A stretch of 64,000 nt of DNA from Bacteroidota bacterium (GTDB lineage Bacteria > Bacteroidota > Bacteroidia > Bacteroidales > ML635J-15). Of the stretch, positions 1 through 9,330 are shown one piece after another; the stretch's first letter is position 1, and the number at the start of each line of letters is the position of its first letter. The position numbers were made by a program, and so were the translations under genes. The stretch spans positions 18,374 to 82,373 of the forward strand of contig JAYEFQ010000023.1 in assembly GCA_034658655.1 (NCBI GenBank), read 5' to 3'. The notes below the pieces were generated by a model that was given only the letters and a program-made list of their open reading frames with translations, did no database searches and was not told where the DNA came from.

Positions 1-1570
1 AAATTCTGTGAAGAGGGGATTTTATTATACTCTTCGTTGCCGGCATGCAATACTTTATTCATCCGTTTAATGTAATCTGAAAGAGAAAAAGAACTTCCGA
101 CTACCTCCATATCGGAATCAACACTTTTTTGCATCTCACTCATCAGTTTCAACACTTCCGGTTCTTTGAAAGCATCTTTTCGCTCAGCACTAAGTATGAC
201 ATTTAATTTAGTAGTTCCGCTGAATTTTTCATTGATAAAATTATCTGTTTGAACAATATCACTGTCATCTTGGAATTTGTCCAAAAAACTTGAATTGATC
301 CAGACTTTTTGCGTGCCATATATACTTAAAACAATTACTACAGCAACGATAATAAAAACCCACTTTTTGTTATTCAGCATTTTATGAGTCCATAAATCAG
401 CCAGAGAGTGTTTGTCCTTCTTTGGCTGTTGTTGTTTCCGTTTAACGGGAAATTTTGGTTTCCCAAAAATCATAATACCGGCCGGTATGAATATCAAAGA
501 AAGCAACATAGCCGACATCACACCAAAAGCAGTAAATAGTCCGAAATATTTGATCGGGTAAACCTCTGATGTCAACAGGGAAATAAATCCCACGGCAGTG
601 GTTATGGAAGTCATTGTTACAGGTTTCCACATATTTTTGATCATATCGATCGTACTCTCCTTCTTTGAAGCATCTGGATGTTCCTTTTGATACAGTTTCA
701 TGTGATTGAAAATGTGGATTCCGTCAGCCACACCGATTGCTATCAGCATTACCGGCAGCATAGTGGTTACTGCATATATGGGTATGGATAAGGCAGACAT
801 CAGACCAAATGCCCAAATAACACTTAACAATACCACTAACAGAGTTAAAACTGTGGTTTTTACATTGCGAAGGGTAATATAAAGCACCAAAATAATGACC
901 AGGATAACAATTGGTACCATTTTTTTCATATCCTTTGGCGCCAGGTAAGCCAGAGTTCCTTCCACAATAGGTGTTCCGGCAATATAAAGCGTATGATCTT
1001 CATCTTCATAGCTGTCGGCAAGATCCATAAGCTTTTTGTAAAATTTCTGAGAAAAGGCATCATCCCCGATATCCGCTATTACCATGGTAACAGTTTCGTC
1101 CGGTGAAACTATCCGTTCATTGATCATTTCATTATCCCGTACTTGTTGCCTTAACTTGTTTATCTCCGATTGAGATTCCGGTACCTCTGTGTAAAATGGA
1201 TTTACTTCCAGTCCCATTTCCGTACCAACAATGTTATCCGCTGTATAAAGGGAAGTAACATCTGATTTTTCGATTTCCTCAAACTTTTGCAAATCTTTTG
1301 TCAGTAATTTAATCTTTTCCAATGTTCGAGAATTGTAAATGCCATCTTTATTTTCAACAGCAATCAGGATCCCGTCTTTAATGTTAAAGATGGCTTCTGC
1401 CGAATCACTGTAAACAAAAGCAGGATGATCCTGCGGCATATACTCATCAAGATCGGTTTCCATTTTCGCATTTCCGCGAATAGCTATTAGGAAATAGATG
1501 CTAATCCCAAATACAGCGACTATTATCAGTAGGGAGGCAATTTTTAATCTGGTTGTTGTTTTTTTCATAA
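1..1570 (-). CDS. MMPL/RND-superfamily inner-membrane exporter (N-terminal ~520 aa; 3' end lies beyond the window)
   Basis: Not in the ORF track because no stop lies inside the window. Reading the complement from the ATG (cat at 1568-1570) gives an open frame down to base 1: MKKTTTTRLKIASLLIIVAVFGISIYF... It contains the TM block TMLPVMLIAIGVADGIHIFNHM followed by a second large loop, the layout of MMPL/HpnN-type transporters. Confidence 0.75.
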
Positions 1571-1685
1571 TAATTAAGGTTTGTTTATATTAACTAACAT
1601 TTATAATTTAATATTGTTCATTATGGAGATAATATTTGTTAAAAAATCAATAAATCAGCTTCGAGTATAATTATTAATCAATTCA

Positions 1686-2972
1686 TCAAAACGCCACCTT
1701 CACCTCTAATCTTGCCATAAATACATCATCTGGAAGGGCATCTGTCTGAACGCGACTCATGATAGCGGTAATTTTTGAATGGTTAAATAATTTTGCACCT
1801 ACTTCTATGTCAATTTCATTGGTATTATTGCCTGATGTTTGTCCAACAGCTTTTACAGCGGTATGCAAGGCGATTTTTCCGGGAAAACGATGCTTGATTT
1901 CGCCTGTCCATAACGGGAAATCGGCAGCATCAAGACGCATAATCTCACCCAAAAATAAATTGCTGAACAAAGGTTGAAATACAGCATCATCATCTATTTC
2001 AAATAGTCCGATATATCCGGCTTCAATTGCCGTCATGGATCCCTTTTTCCAGTTAATGTTACGTCCCAATCTTGCATGATATACCAATGCATTGTTGGAT
2101 GGCATTGCTTGTCCGACAAGGCCGGTTTGTGCTTTAAAATTCCATGGCAGATCCCAATCCTGTATGCTTCCAAAATAGTGTTTCACATCTGGGATGATTT
2201 TCCCAAATTCATTATAGTATAATATTCCGATATTTGACAGTCCCGCAACAACATCATCACCACCATCATCAAAGGATGAAAATTCGTCAAATTCACCTGT
2301 TGATTCTGTTGGCTTTTCATAAGATGGATTCCAGTTGAGGACAATTCCGGCCATATTGGTTTCTCCCAGTTTGTCCCCGATATTTTCGGTATATCCCTCA
2401 TCAATCAGATTATACAGATGGCGGTTGGAGCAGAATTTCCCCATGCGGGCAAAATTACTGTTCACTGTACCTGTCATGGCATTTACTGTCCATGCATTGA
2501 AATTTTGTTCCACACGTGCGCCGATTACCCGCTCATCAATCAGGTAGTAATTGGCAAGTTTCATTTCCTGCAGGCCAAGCGTAAGGGTAAAATCAGGTTT
2601 GTCGTATTGATAAAAAATTTGTCGTACACCTATGTGCCTGCTTTTTTTAAGGTTTTGAGACAGTTCTGAATTCTCCCAGTTTTTAAAACCACCTTCAACA
2701 TACAGGCTATGGTAATCTAGGAAACTGTAATTCAAAGCTCCTATGAGCATTCCTCCATTGAGTTTTGCGGGCTCTTCGCTGCCTGCAAGTGTCATAACAC
2801 CGGGTGCCATGGTGCCTTCTACAGCCCAAAGAAGTGGTACATCTTTGTGGAAAGGACTTAAGTGTCCACCAAGAATACTTCTGCAATGCATCTGCGCATT
2901 TGACTGGTAAGCTGTTAGTAAAATGACACTAAGAATGAGAACACGCATCAGATTTGAGAGTAATTTTGTCAT
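1686..2972 (-). CDS. putative outer-membrane beta-barrel protein (porin / alginate-export-like), family not resolved
   Basis: Has a signal peptide (MTKLLSNLMRVLILSVILLTAYQSNAQ), alternating beta-strand-like sequence and a C-terminal ...RLEVKVAF ending in Phe, as in OM barrels. An internal acidic patch reads TGEFDEFSSFDDGGDD. Overlaps the upstream gene by 44 nt. Confidence 0.55.
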   Translation of the reverse strand: MTKLLSNLMRVLILSVILLTAYQSNAQMHCRSILGGHLSPFHKDVPLLWAVEGTMAPGVMTLAGSEEPAKLNGGMLIGALNYSFLDYHSLYVEGGFKNWENSELSQNLKKSRHIGVRQIFYQYDKPDFTLTLGLQEMKLANYYLIDERVIGARVEQNFNAWTVNAMTGTVNSNFARMGKFCSNRHLYNLIDEGYTENIGDKLGETNMAGIVLNWNPSYEKPTESTGEFDEFSSFDDGGDDVVAGLSNIGILYYNEFGKIIPDVKHYFGSIQDWDLPWNFKAQTGLVGQAMPSNNALVYHARLGRNINWKKGSMTAIEAGYIGLFEIDDDAVFQPLFSNLFLGEIMRLDAADFPLWTGEIKHRFPGKIALHTAVKAVGQTSGNNTNEIDIEVGAKLFNHSKITAIMSRVQTDALPDDVFMARLEVKVAF

Positions 2973-4065
2973 AATGTTTTTTGTTTTTGTGATAAAATGA
3001 GATACTTCCTTTTTTACAATCGCTTATGCAATCGCCGCAACGAATGCATTCTTGATTATCCATTTTGCTTGTTTTGTTTTTTCGTGTGATGGCATTGATA
3101 TCGCAGGAATTATTGCATGTTTTGCAACCGGCGCAACTGTTATCAACTCCAAGCACAGATGCTCCGGGGATTTTTGCAATAAGGCCCAGCAACAATCCCA
3201 CTGGGCATAATGTTTTGCAAAAGGGACGGTACATGAATACTGAGCTTATTAGCACAATGCCCAGCAGAATATATCCCGCCATATTGGGTGAAAATAGGTT
3301 GACAGCCACTTTAAACGGCCCCACTTTGTTCCACAAGATGATGTGGGTAAATGTCAGCTGTATTAGTAGGGCTGTCAAAGCCACACCGCGAATGATGCGC
3401 ATGACTTTTTGTGCTTTTTCTGATTGAAAAATGTGGAATTTTTTACTGTATAAAAATTCCTGAATCGCCCCCAAATAACAGACCCATCCGCAGAAAACCC
3501 TGCCGGCAAAATAGGTGATGGGAATGAGTCCAAGGAATAATACCAGTGCCTGCCAATTAACTTCCACACCAATAGCTGTCAGATAGGTATTCTGAAAACT
3601 GGAGATCACACCAGGACCGCCTCGGTAGAAACCGAAGATTACCAAGGCAATCAGAAGTACCAGTAATCGGAGTTTTCGTGTTTTTTTAAATTTCATAAAC
3701 ACCGCTGCCAGTATGGTTAATGCGAGGATGGCGATGGAATAATACAGTCGTGTGTAACTGGTTTGCTCTTCATCTCCCAGAGTTTTGGCTTCATCCGCTG
3801 ATACAAATTCACCTTCTGAGAATTCACCTTCTGAGAATTCATCGTTAGAGAAATCGTCAGAAAATTCATCGTCAGAGAACTCACTATCAGAAAACTCATC
3901 CTCTGACTCTGAAAACTCATCCTCAGAGCTGTCGTTGAATGATTCTTCCTGTGCAACGGCAACGGTATAGGCAAGCATTCCGCTGGATATAAGTGTTGTC
4001 CCGGATACCGAAGACATCAGGAATATTATCATCAAGCTGCTTGTAAAAAATTTCAATATCTTCAT
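2929..4065 (-). CDS. NapH/MauN-like membrane polyferredoxin (4Fe-4S binding protein) with an acidic repeat N-terminal region
   Basis: Signal/anchor sequence, then a D/E/S/F-rich region, then TM helices with FCGWVCYLG and FCKTLCPVG motifs. The C-terminus carries two CxxCxxCxxxC clusters (CAGCKTCNNSC, CIRCGDCISDC). Confidence 0.75.
   Translation of the reverse strand: MKILKFFTSSLMIIFLMSSVSGTTLISSGMLAYTVAVAQEESFNDSSEDEFSESEDEFSDSEFSDDEFSDDFSNDEFSEGEFSEGEFVSADEAKTLGDEEQTSYTRLYYSIAILALTILAAVFMKFKKTRKLRLLVLLIALVIFGFYRGGPGVISSFQNTYLTAIGVEVNWQALVLFLGLIPITYFAGRVFCGWVCYLGAIQEFLYSKKFHIFQSEKAQKVMRIIRGVALTALLIQLTFTHIILWNKVGPFKVAVNLFSPNMAGYILLGIVLISSVFMYRPFCKTLCPVGLLLGLIAKIPGASVLGVDNSCAGCKTCNNSCDINAITRKNKTSKMDNQECIRCGDCISDCKKGSISFYHKNKKHYDKITLKSDACSHS
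3790..3948 (-). repeat. in-frame tandem repeat encoding an acidic (E/D)-F-S tract inside the polyferredoxin gene
   Basis: Encodes EESFNDSSEDEFSESEDEFSDSEFSDDEFSDDFSNDEFSEGEFSEGEF. On the + strand the 15-nt unit aattcaccttctgag is perfectly duplicated at 3806-3820 and 3821-3835, with a diverged third copy at 3836-3850. Confidence 0.9.
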
Positions 4066-4251
4066 ACACTTTAGATTTTCAGGGTGGCTCTATTTAAATA
4101 AAATGGTGTTAGAAATACTTGTTTTTCTTAAATATGTGAAAATGAGTTCATTACATTTTGTTTGCAATTCTGAGCTTTCCATGTATTTTATTTTAATAGA
4201 GTCAATATAATTAAATGATAAATATCAAATGCTAAATAAAAAATGTCAAAG

Positions 4252-4638
4252 TTATTTTTGCTTTGTAACCGTAATGTTTTGTTGTGTTGTCTTAATTGAT
4301 TTTACAAAAAATGAAATTAATTCGCCACATTCCCTAAGCAAATATTCTACTTCTTGTTGGGTTTTCGCAATTTTTAAACGATGAATCATTTTAAGACCAA
4401 CCTGCGTTTCCCGTAATTCTTTCAAACAGATCTTCATTTTATGAATGAAGTCACGTCTTGATTCAGCGCTTTGTGCTTCTCCATAATTGAATGCAGGAGA
4501 TGTGCCTGACCGAAGAACTTGCCCGCCAATGTGATTTGCAGATTTGGTATTAGGAAGAGATTCAACAAGAAGAATAATATTTATTCCGAAATCTATTAAT
4601 CGATCTTGTAAATCATATTTAACTTTATCATTTTTCAT
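4252..4638 (-). CDS. four-helix-bundle protein (23S rRNA intervening-sequence protein / Avd-like family)
   Basis: 128 aa: ...DLQDRLIDFGINIILLVESLP...IGGQVLRSGTSPAFNYGEAQSAESRRDFIHKMKICLKELRETQVGL..., the characteristic pattern of this family. Flanked by AT-rich spacers of 146 and 186 nt. Confidence 0.8.
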   Translation of the reverse strand: MKNDKVKYDLQDRLIDFGINIILLVESLPNTKSANHIGGQVLRSGTSPAFNYGEAQSAESRRDFIHKMKICLKELRETQVGLKMIHRLKIAKTQQEVEYLLRECGELISFFVKSIKTTQQNITVTKQK

Positions 4639-4784
4639 TCGATATTCAATATTTTAAATTTATTAAACCTAAACACTTATAATACCATTTTATTAATCAC
4701 AATCGGTATAATTATTTTCTCAATTTTTCATCATCAAAAATAAAAACATCAATAAAATCATGTTGTTTAATAGAGCTTTCAGGG

Positions 4785-5180
4785 TTAGTCTGCTTTTGCT
4801 TCTAAGCGGAGGCTACCGTAACCACCATCCTTGTCACAGGTGCGTATGGCATTTATACCCACCTCACCGGATTCATTGCTGGTAATTTTGATTTTCAGCT
4901 TACGTTCCCATACCATCTGGGATTTCTGTTCCCAATTGGTGGCTCCTTCAACCTCCATGCCCTCCATGGTGAATTTGGTTTGCTTTATTGCCACGGGACA
5001 GGAACGGTGTGTAAGTGTTACCTTGACTTTAACGATGATGATATCACCAGCTTCGTACACTTCTTTTTCTCCTTTGAGGATTTCAATGTCAATTTCACAT
5101 GCTTTGCTTGTTTGCCCTGATGCTAAAATCGCAAACAAGGAGATCACCAAAACTTTCAATAAAAAACCTGCGTGTTTCAT
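4785..5180 (-). CDS. small secreted protein of unknown function (3 Cys)
   Basis: Signal peptide MKHAGFLLKVLVISLFAILASGQ followed by a beta-rich 110-aa body. No recognisable family. Confidence 0.6.
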   Translation of the reverse strand: MKHAGFLLKVLVISLFAILASGQTSKACEIDIEILKGEKEVYEAGDIIIVKVKVTLTHRSCPVAIKQTKFTMEGMEVEGATNWEQKSQMVWERKLKIKITSNESGEVGINAIRTCDKDGGYGSLRLEAKAD

Positions 5181-5266
5181 AAATTATATTTCTTTAAATT
5201 GTAGTTAACTTAAACTAACTTTTATTGCAAAATATTTATATCTTAATTTCTTCAAAATATTATATC

Positions 5267-6487
5267 TTATTCCCAGTCCAGCAGGCGTCTTTCACCTTCC
5301 AGTTTTTTGATGTCTGTAATTTCCTGCCCTACTTCAAGCACACCTTTGTATTCCCCATCATCGTTGCGTAAAGCGAAATACTTGATCAGGATAAATTTTC
5401 CTTGCATCTGAATCCAGAATTCGGCTTTATCTTTCTCTCCCTTTTTGAAAGCCTCAATGATTTTTTCAACTACATGAACGCTTTCCGGTGGGTGGCAGTT
5501 TTGGACAGAACGCCCGATTATGGCAGGTGATCTTGGGAAAAATCTTTCATCAGGCCGGTTAAAAAACAGAACCTTGTCATTTTCATCAACCACGGTAATA
5601 TCAACCGGCAGGTGATTAAATGCCATCAATGTATGATCGACACTCATCGCACCGGTTTCGCTTATGATTTGTCCGGCTTTTTCTATCGGCTTTATCTGTA
5701 CCTTACTACTTGATTTATCCTTTTTTGGTTTTTTGGGCGCCTCAATGAAAGGGAAAGGATACTCAAAACTCTGTTCATGCATTTTCCTCCAGACATTATC
5801 ACTTACAGTTTCAGTGGCAACTGGAAAGACAATCATGTTTTCCTTTTGGATCATTCTGAATGACAAAGAGAAAAATTTACCCAATCGTTTATTAAATTTA
5901 TCCCAATCTGAGTTTTCATCCTCTAGCATAGCAATCAATTGCTTTAATGATTTTCTGATATCATCATGCAATGACCACATCACAGATAATGGTCGGTAGA
6001 AATCCCACAATTCTTCCAGATATGGAAACAGGATATTTTCTTTTTTGATATAATGGTTATCAAAAGGTTTCAATTCTTGGAATTTTGGTAGCAGATCCTG
6101 TTTTAGCTGCTTGAATTCTTCTTTTTCACGGCCTTTATACGATTTTAGTATTTTTTTTATTTGATTCAGCTTAAATGTATATGCATCATTTTCAAGCATC
6201 AGATAATATAAAAAGCTACCTTCTTTTGGTTTATCCCATTGGTATTTTTCTAGGCTTTTAAAAAATACATTGATGACTTTCTCAACGTCTTTTTTTATGT
6301 CAGCAGGGGAGATACCCATCTGCATTTGCTTGTTTTCAAGGTTAAGCATATCCTGAGGTGTGATGTTATCGATGGCATCTTTGTGTTTTTCGATAAGTTT
6401 ATTACCATCTTCACCATGCATAATGCCCAAGGAAAAAGCAAGCAGGTCTTCCAGTCTTTTGTTGGCGATATTGTTGTTTTTTGACAT
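5267..6487 (-). CDS. DUF438 / hemerythrin-like / PAS domain protein
   Basis: The middle region has His/Glu-rich helices (HYIKKENILFPYLE, WSLHDDIRK). The C-terminus reads ...FFPRSPAIIGRSVQNCHPPESVHVVEKII...GVLEVGQEITDIKKLEGE, typical of the DUF438-PAS family. Confidence 0.75.
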   Translation of the reverse strand: MSKNNNIANKRLEDLLAFSLGIMHGEDGNKLIEKHKDAIDNITPQDMLNLENKQMQMGISPADIKKDVEKVINVFFKSLEKYQWDKPKEGSFLYYLMLENDAYTFKLNQIKKILKSYKGREKEEFKQLKQDLLPKFQELKPFDNHYIKKENILFPYLEELWDFYRPLSVMWSLHDDIRKSLKQLIAMLEDENSDWDKFNKRLGKFFSLSFRMIQKENMIVFPVATETVSDNVWRKMHEQSFEYPFPFIEAPKKPKKDKSSSKVQIKPIEKAGQIISETGAMSVDHTLMAFNHLPVDITVVDENDKVLFFNRPDERFFPRSPAIIGRSVQNCHPPESVHVVEKIIEAFKKGEKDKAEFWIQMQGKFILIKYFALRNDDGEYKGVLEVGQEITDIKKLEGERRLLDWE

Positions 6488-6489
6488 GG

Positions 6490-6828
6490 TTACAATAATC
6501 TGGTTTTACTTGTTGGCTTTGGTGCTTTGACAACCATTATCTGTGCATCTGGATTGCTGTTATTGGATAAATTGTGAACAATGTCTTTCGGACTTTCCAC
6601 CAGTTTATCTTTGTCAACAGGTACCGTTTCATTACCTACCCTGATATCAACAGTGCCCTCAAGTACATAAAAGAAAACATCCACAGGGGTTATGTGAGGT
6701 TTCAATGCTTCTCCTGCTTTAAGTGTGATGTGCATTACCTGAGCACTCTCTTTATCATACAATTTCCTGACATCCACTTTGTGTGCAGTCTCTACAATTT
6801 CCTGTTTTGATATATCTGTAATTATCAT
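6490..6828 (-). CDS. cupin domain protein
   Basis: 112 aa with the pattern ...ITLKAGEALKPHITPVDVFFYVLEGTVDIRVGNE..., a single-domain cupin. Its start lies 5 nt after the TetR stop, and its stop lies 2 nt before the DUF438 start. Confidence 0.7.
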   Translation of the reverse strand: MIITDISKQEIVETAHKVDVRKLYDKESAQVMHITLKAGEALKPHITPVDVFFYVLEGTVDIRVGNETVPVDKDKLVESPKDIVHNLSNNSNPDAQIMVVKAPKPTSKTRLL

Positions 6829-6833
6829 ATATC

Positions 6834-7415
6834 CTATTTTTTTTCGATTAATGTTTTGATCATTTCAATGATTCTGGCCCCTTCCTGTTTAAGATTAAAG
6901 GATAATCCTGAAAGTTGCCATTTCTTTACATATAGCCGTAATGTCCCCATAATTAAAATGGCTAAATCATCAGCTTTTATATCTTTTCTTATTTCGTTTT
7001 TTTTCTGTCCTGTTTGTATAATGGATATGAGAATTTCGTTATTATGATTTATGACTTCGGCAACTTTTGCTTTTAAAACTGTCTCATTTTGAAATAGTTC
7101 TTCAGAAAAAATCACAGATGCAAATACTGGTTTTTCTGTAAACATTTTAAAATGACTCTCGAATAGATTCGTGATTTTTTCTACTGCATTTTCGTTCTTA
7201 GCGATTTTTACATTATAAACGTTTTCACTGCCTTTTTTGAGCATCTCCAATACAGTAGTCAAAATATGAATTTTGCTGTCAAAATGCCTGTAAATGGCAG
7301 GTTCAGAAATGCCAATTTTCTTTGAAAGGTTTTTAATCGTTAAGCCTTGTATCCCCTTTGAATCAATGAGTTCAATGGCTGTTTCTATGATTTCTTCTTG
7401 CCGTTCAGTTAGCAT
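6834..7415 (-). CDS. TetR/AcrR family transcriptional regulator
   Basis: The HTH region reads QEEIIETAIELIDSKGIQGLTIKNLSKKIGISEPAIYRHFDSK. I prefer the ATG at 7415 (MLTERQEE...) over the track's TTG at 7478. Confidence 0.85.
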   Translation of the reverse strand: MLTERQEEIIETAIELIDSKGIQGLTIKNLSKKIGISEPAIYRHFDSKIHILTTVLEMLKKGSENVYNVKIAKNENAVEKITNLFESHFKMFTEKPVFASVIFSEELFQNETVLKAKVAEVINHNNEILISIIQTGQKKNEIRKDIKADDLAILIMGTLRLYVKKWQLSGLSFNLKQEGARIIEMIKTLIEKK

Positions 7416-7490
7416 GCTTCTTATTTTTAATATTAACCTCTTAAAAACTCTCTTTTTTCTATCTTGATAATGATACAAAATATTCTTTTA

Positions 7491-7520
7491 CAAAGATAGT
7501 TAATATTTACTAACTACAAA
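7491..7520 (-). promoter_or_regulatory. candidate Bacteroidota promoter with an embedded palindromic operator for the TetR-led string
   Basis: The minus strand reads TTTG (7517-7520), an 18-nt spacer, then TATCTTTG (7491-7498). The spacer is filled by the inverted repeat TAGTTA-N8-TAACTA (7497-7516). Lies about 75 nt upstream of the ATG at 7415. Confidence 0.45.
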
Positions 7521-8134
7521 ATAATTAATAAATAATTAACAAAATTATAACTAATTAGTATCAGCAAAAGTAACTCGTTACCGCAAATCTGAGAACGAAT
7601 ATTGGAATCAACAAGAGGTTGCAACCTCTTGTTTGATATCCAGTGTCCCATATTTTCTTTTTCGTATTATCGTGCTATCGTTTCAAATGCGTCTGAATAG
7701 TTAATGTTTTTAATTTTAGCACTGAGTAGTTACATAAAATTATTTATATAATTTTATTGAGTAGATTTGGTATTCATTTTTAATATTGGAATGTAAAAAC
7801 ATCCTAAAAGCTATATTGTGGTAATAGTCAGAGTATTGAGGGGTTTATTTTCTAATTGTTATAAAAAACTAGTTCCGTAGGAACTTTCTATTTTTAATCC
7901 CGTAAAATCCCGTTAGGGGTGACCTATTTTTGTAATACCATTTTAAAATCAAAAATTCCAGTATTATACCGATGTAGAATCCGCCATGTGTCGGATTCAC
8001 TTATCTGTATTAGTCAATTTACTTTTGTAATCGACTGTTTCAGAAATGAGAATAACGAAATATTTGGCGTTTTCTTACAGAGACTACATATGTTTTTTAA
8101 CTTTGTAAGCAAAGAAACCAAAAAACATAGTGTT

Positions 8135-8902
8135 ATGAAATCGCATGAAATTGATTACAAAGTAATGGGTCATGATATTCAATTAGTTGAAATTGAATTA
8201 GATCCTGATGAAACAGTTATTGCTGAAGCCGGTGCAATGTTGTACATGGAAGAAGGAATTGTTTTTGAAACCAAAATGGGTGATGGTTCTGATCCCAAAC
8301 AAGGCATGTTTAATAAACTAATGAAAGCTGGTGGACGGATGTTAACCGGTGAATCCTTATTTTTAACGCATTTTACGCACAAAGGCACTGAAAAGTCGCA
8401 TGTTGCGTTTGCTGCTCCATATCCGGGAACCATCGTTCCTGTTTCGCTGGGAAATTTAGATTCAAATCTTATCACGCAACGGGATGCATTTTTGTGTGCT
8501 GCTAAAGGGACAAGAATGTCTGTTACCCTCAGTAAACGTTTGGGTTCAGGACTTGTCGGTGGTGAAGGATTTATTTTACAAAAGCTTGTTGGTGACGGAA
8601 TGGCATTTATTCATGCAGGTGGAACCTTAATTGAAAGAGAACTTCACGGAGAAACATTACGTGTTGATACAGGTTGCGTTGTCGCTTTTGAAGAAAGCAT
8701 AGATTTTTCTGTTGAACGAGCCGGAGGATTGAAATCTATGATTTTCGGTGGTGAAGGAATGTTTCTTGCTACACTGAAAGGAACCGGTAAAGTGTGGTTG
8801 CAATCTATGCCAATTAAAAAACTGATTAAGGAGCTGAGCCCTGCTGGTGGAAATAAAGGCAAAGGGTCAAATTCAATCTTAGGTAGTTTCCTTGAAAGAT
8901 AA
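8135..8902 (+). CDS. TIGR00266 / AIM24-family protein
   Basis: [42 protein letters not shown]... and [22 protein letters not shown] match this family. The start is moved from the track's 7919 to the in-frame ATG at 8135. Confidence 0.75.
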   Translation: MKSHEIDYKVMGHDIQLVEIELDPDETVIAEAGAMLYMEEGIVFETKMGDGSDPKQGMFNKLMKAGGRMLTGESLFLTHFTHKGTEKSHVAFAAPYPGTIVPVSLGNLDSNLITQRDAFLCAAKGTRMSVTLSKRLGSGLVGGEGFILQKLVGDGMAFIHAGGTLIERELHGETLRVDTGCVVAFEESIDFSVERAGGLKSMIFGGEGMFLATLKGTGKVWLQSMPIKKLIKELSPAGGNKGKGSNSILGSFLER

Positions 8903-8922
8903 TATTTGATTTTTTTTAATAA

Positions 8923-8958
8923 AAAAACAGCTGTCAGTTAATTCTGTCAGCTGTTTTT
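8923..8958. terminator. bidirectional stem-loop between convergent genes
   Basis: aaaaacagctg (8923-8933) pairs with cagctgttttt (8948-8958). An A-run lies on one side and a T-run on the other. Confidence 0.55.
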
Positions 8959-9330
8959 AGTTGAGATTACTTGTATTTGTGCTAAACTAAGGTCATAATT
9001 ATTTGTTAAGTAAGAAAATATTTTATCCTTGTTGCACTCATTTACGGTTAAAAGAAAAGCACCATTTTTGTAAATAAAATAATGGTAATCATTACCAATC
9101 GGTTGACAACTTGGGATATTTTGCAAATACTCTGCTTTAACACGATAAACTGTGTATTCCGCATACACATAAATAGGTGTCATTGGGACAAAATTTGTTT
9201 TACCGTAGGGGTGTACGTTTAATTCTATTTGGCTAGTTTCGTTCGTATTTGATTTTTTAAGTTCACTAGCTTCTCCATTTGAAATGTTAAATGCTGAAAT
9301 GATTGCAACAAGTACGATTAGTTTTTTCAT
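8947..9330 (-). CDS. secreted hypothetical protein
   Basis: Signal peptide MKKLIVLVAIISAFNISNG. No recognisable family. Confidence 0.5.
   Translation of the reverse strand: MKKLIVLVAIISAFNISNGEASELKKSNTNETSQIELNVHPYGKTNFVPMTPIYVYAEYTVYRVKAEYLQNIPSCQPIGNDYHYFIYKNGAFLLTVNECNKDKIFSYLTNNYDLSLAQIQVISTKNS

Noticed and set aside
4252-4638. Diversity-generating retroelement implied by the Avd-like four-helix-bundle gene
   Set aside because: There is no reverse transcriptase ORF (no YxDD-containing protein) and no template/variable repeat pair anywhere in the 64 kb.
7919-8134. 72-codon N-terminal extension of the AIM24-family ORF in the track
   Set aside because: The extension starts at a non-ATG codon and is Cys/Phe-rich with no family resemblance. 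The family-typical N-terminus ([10 protein letters not shown]...) begins at the ATG at 8135.
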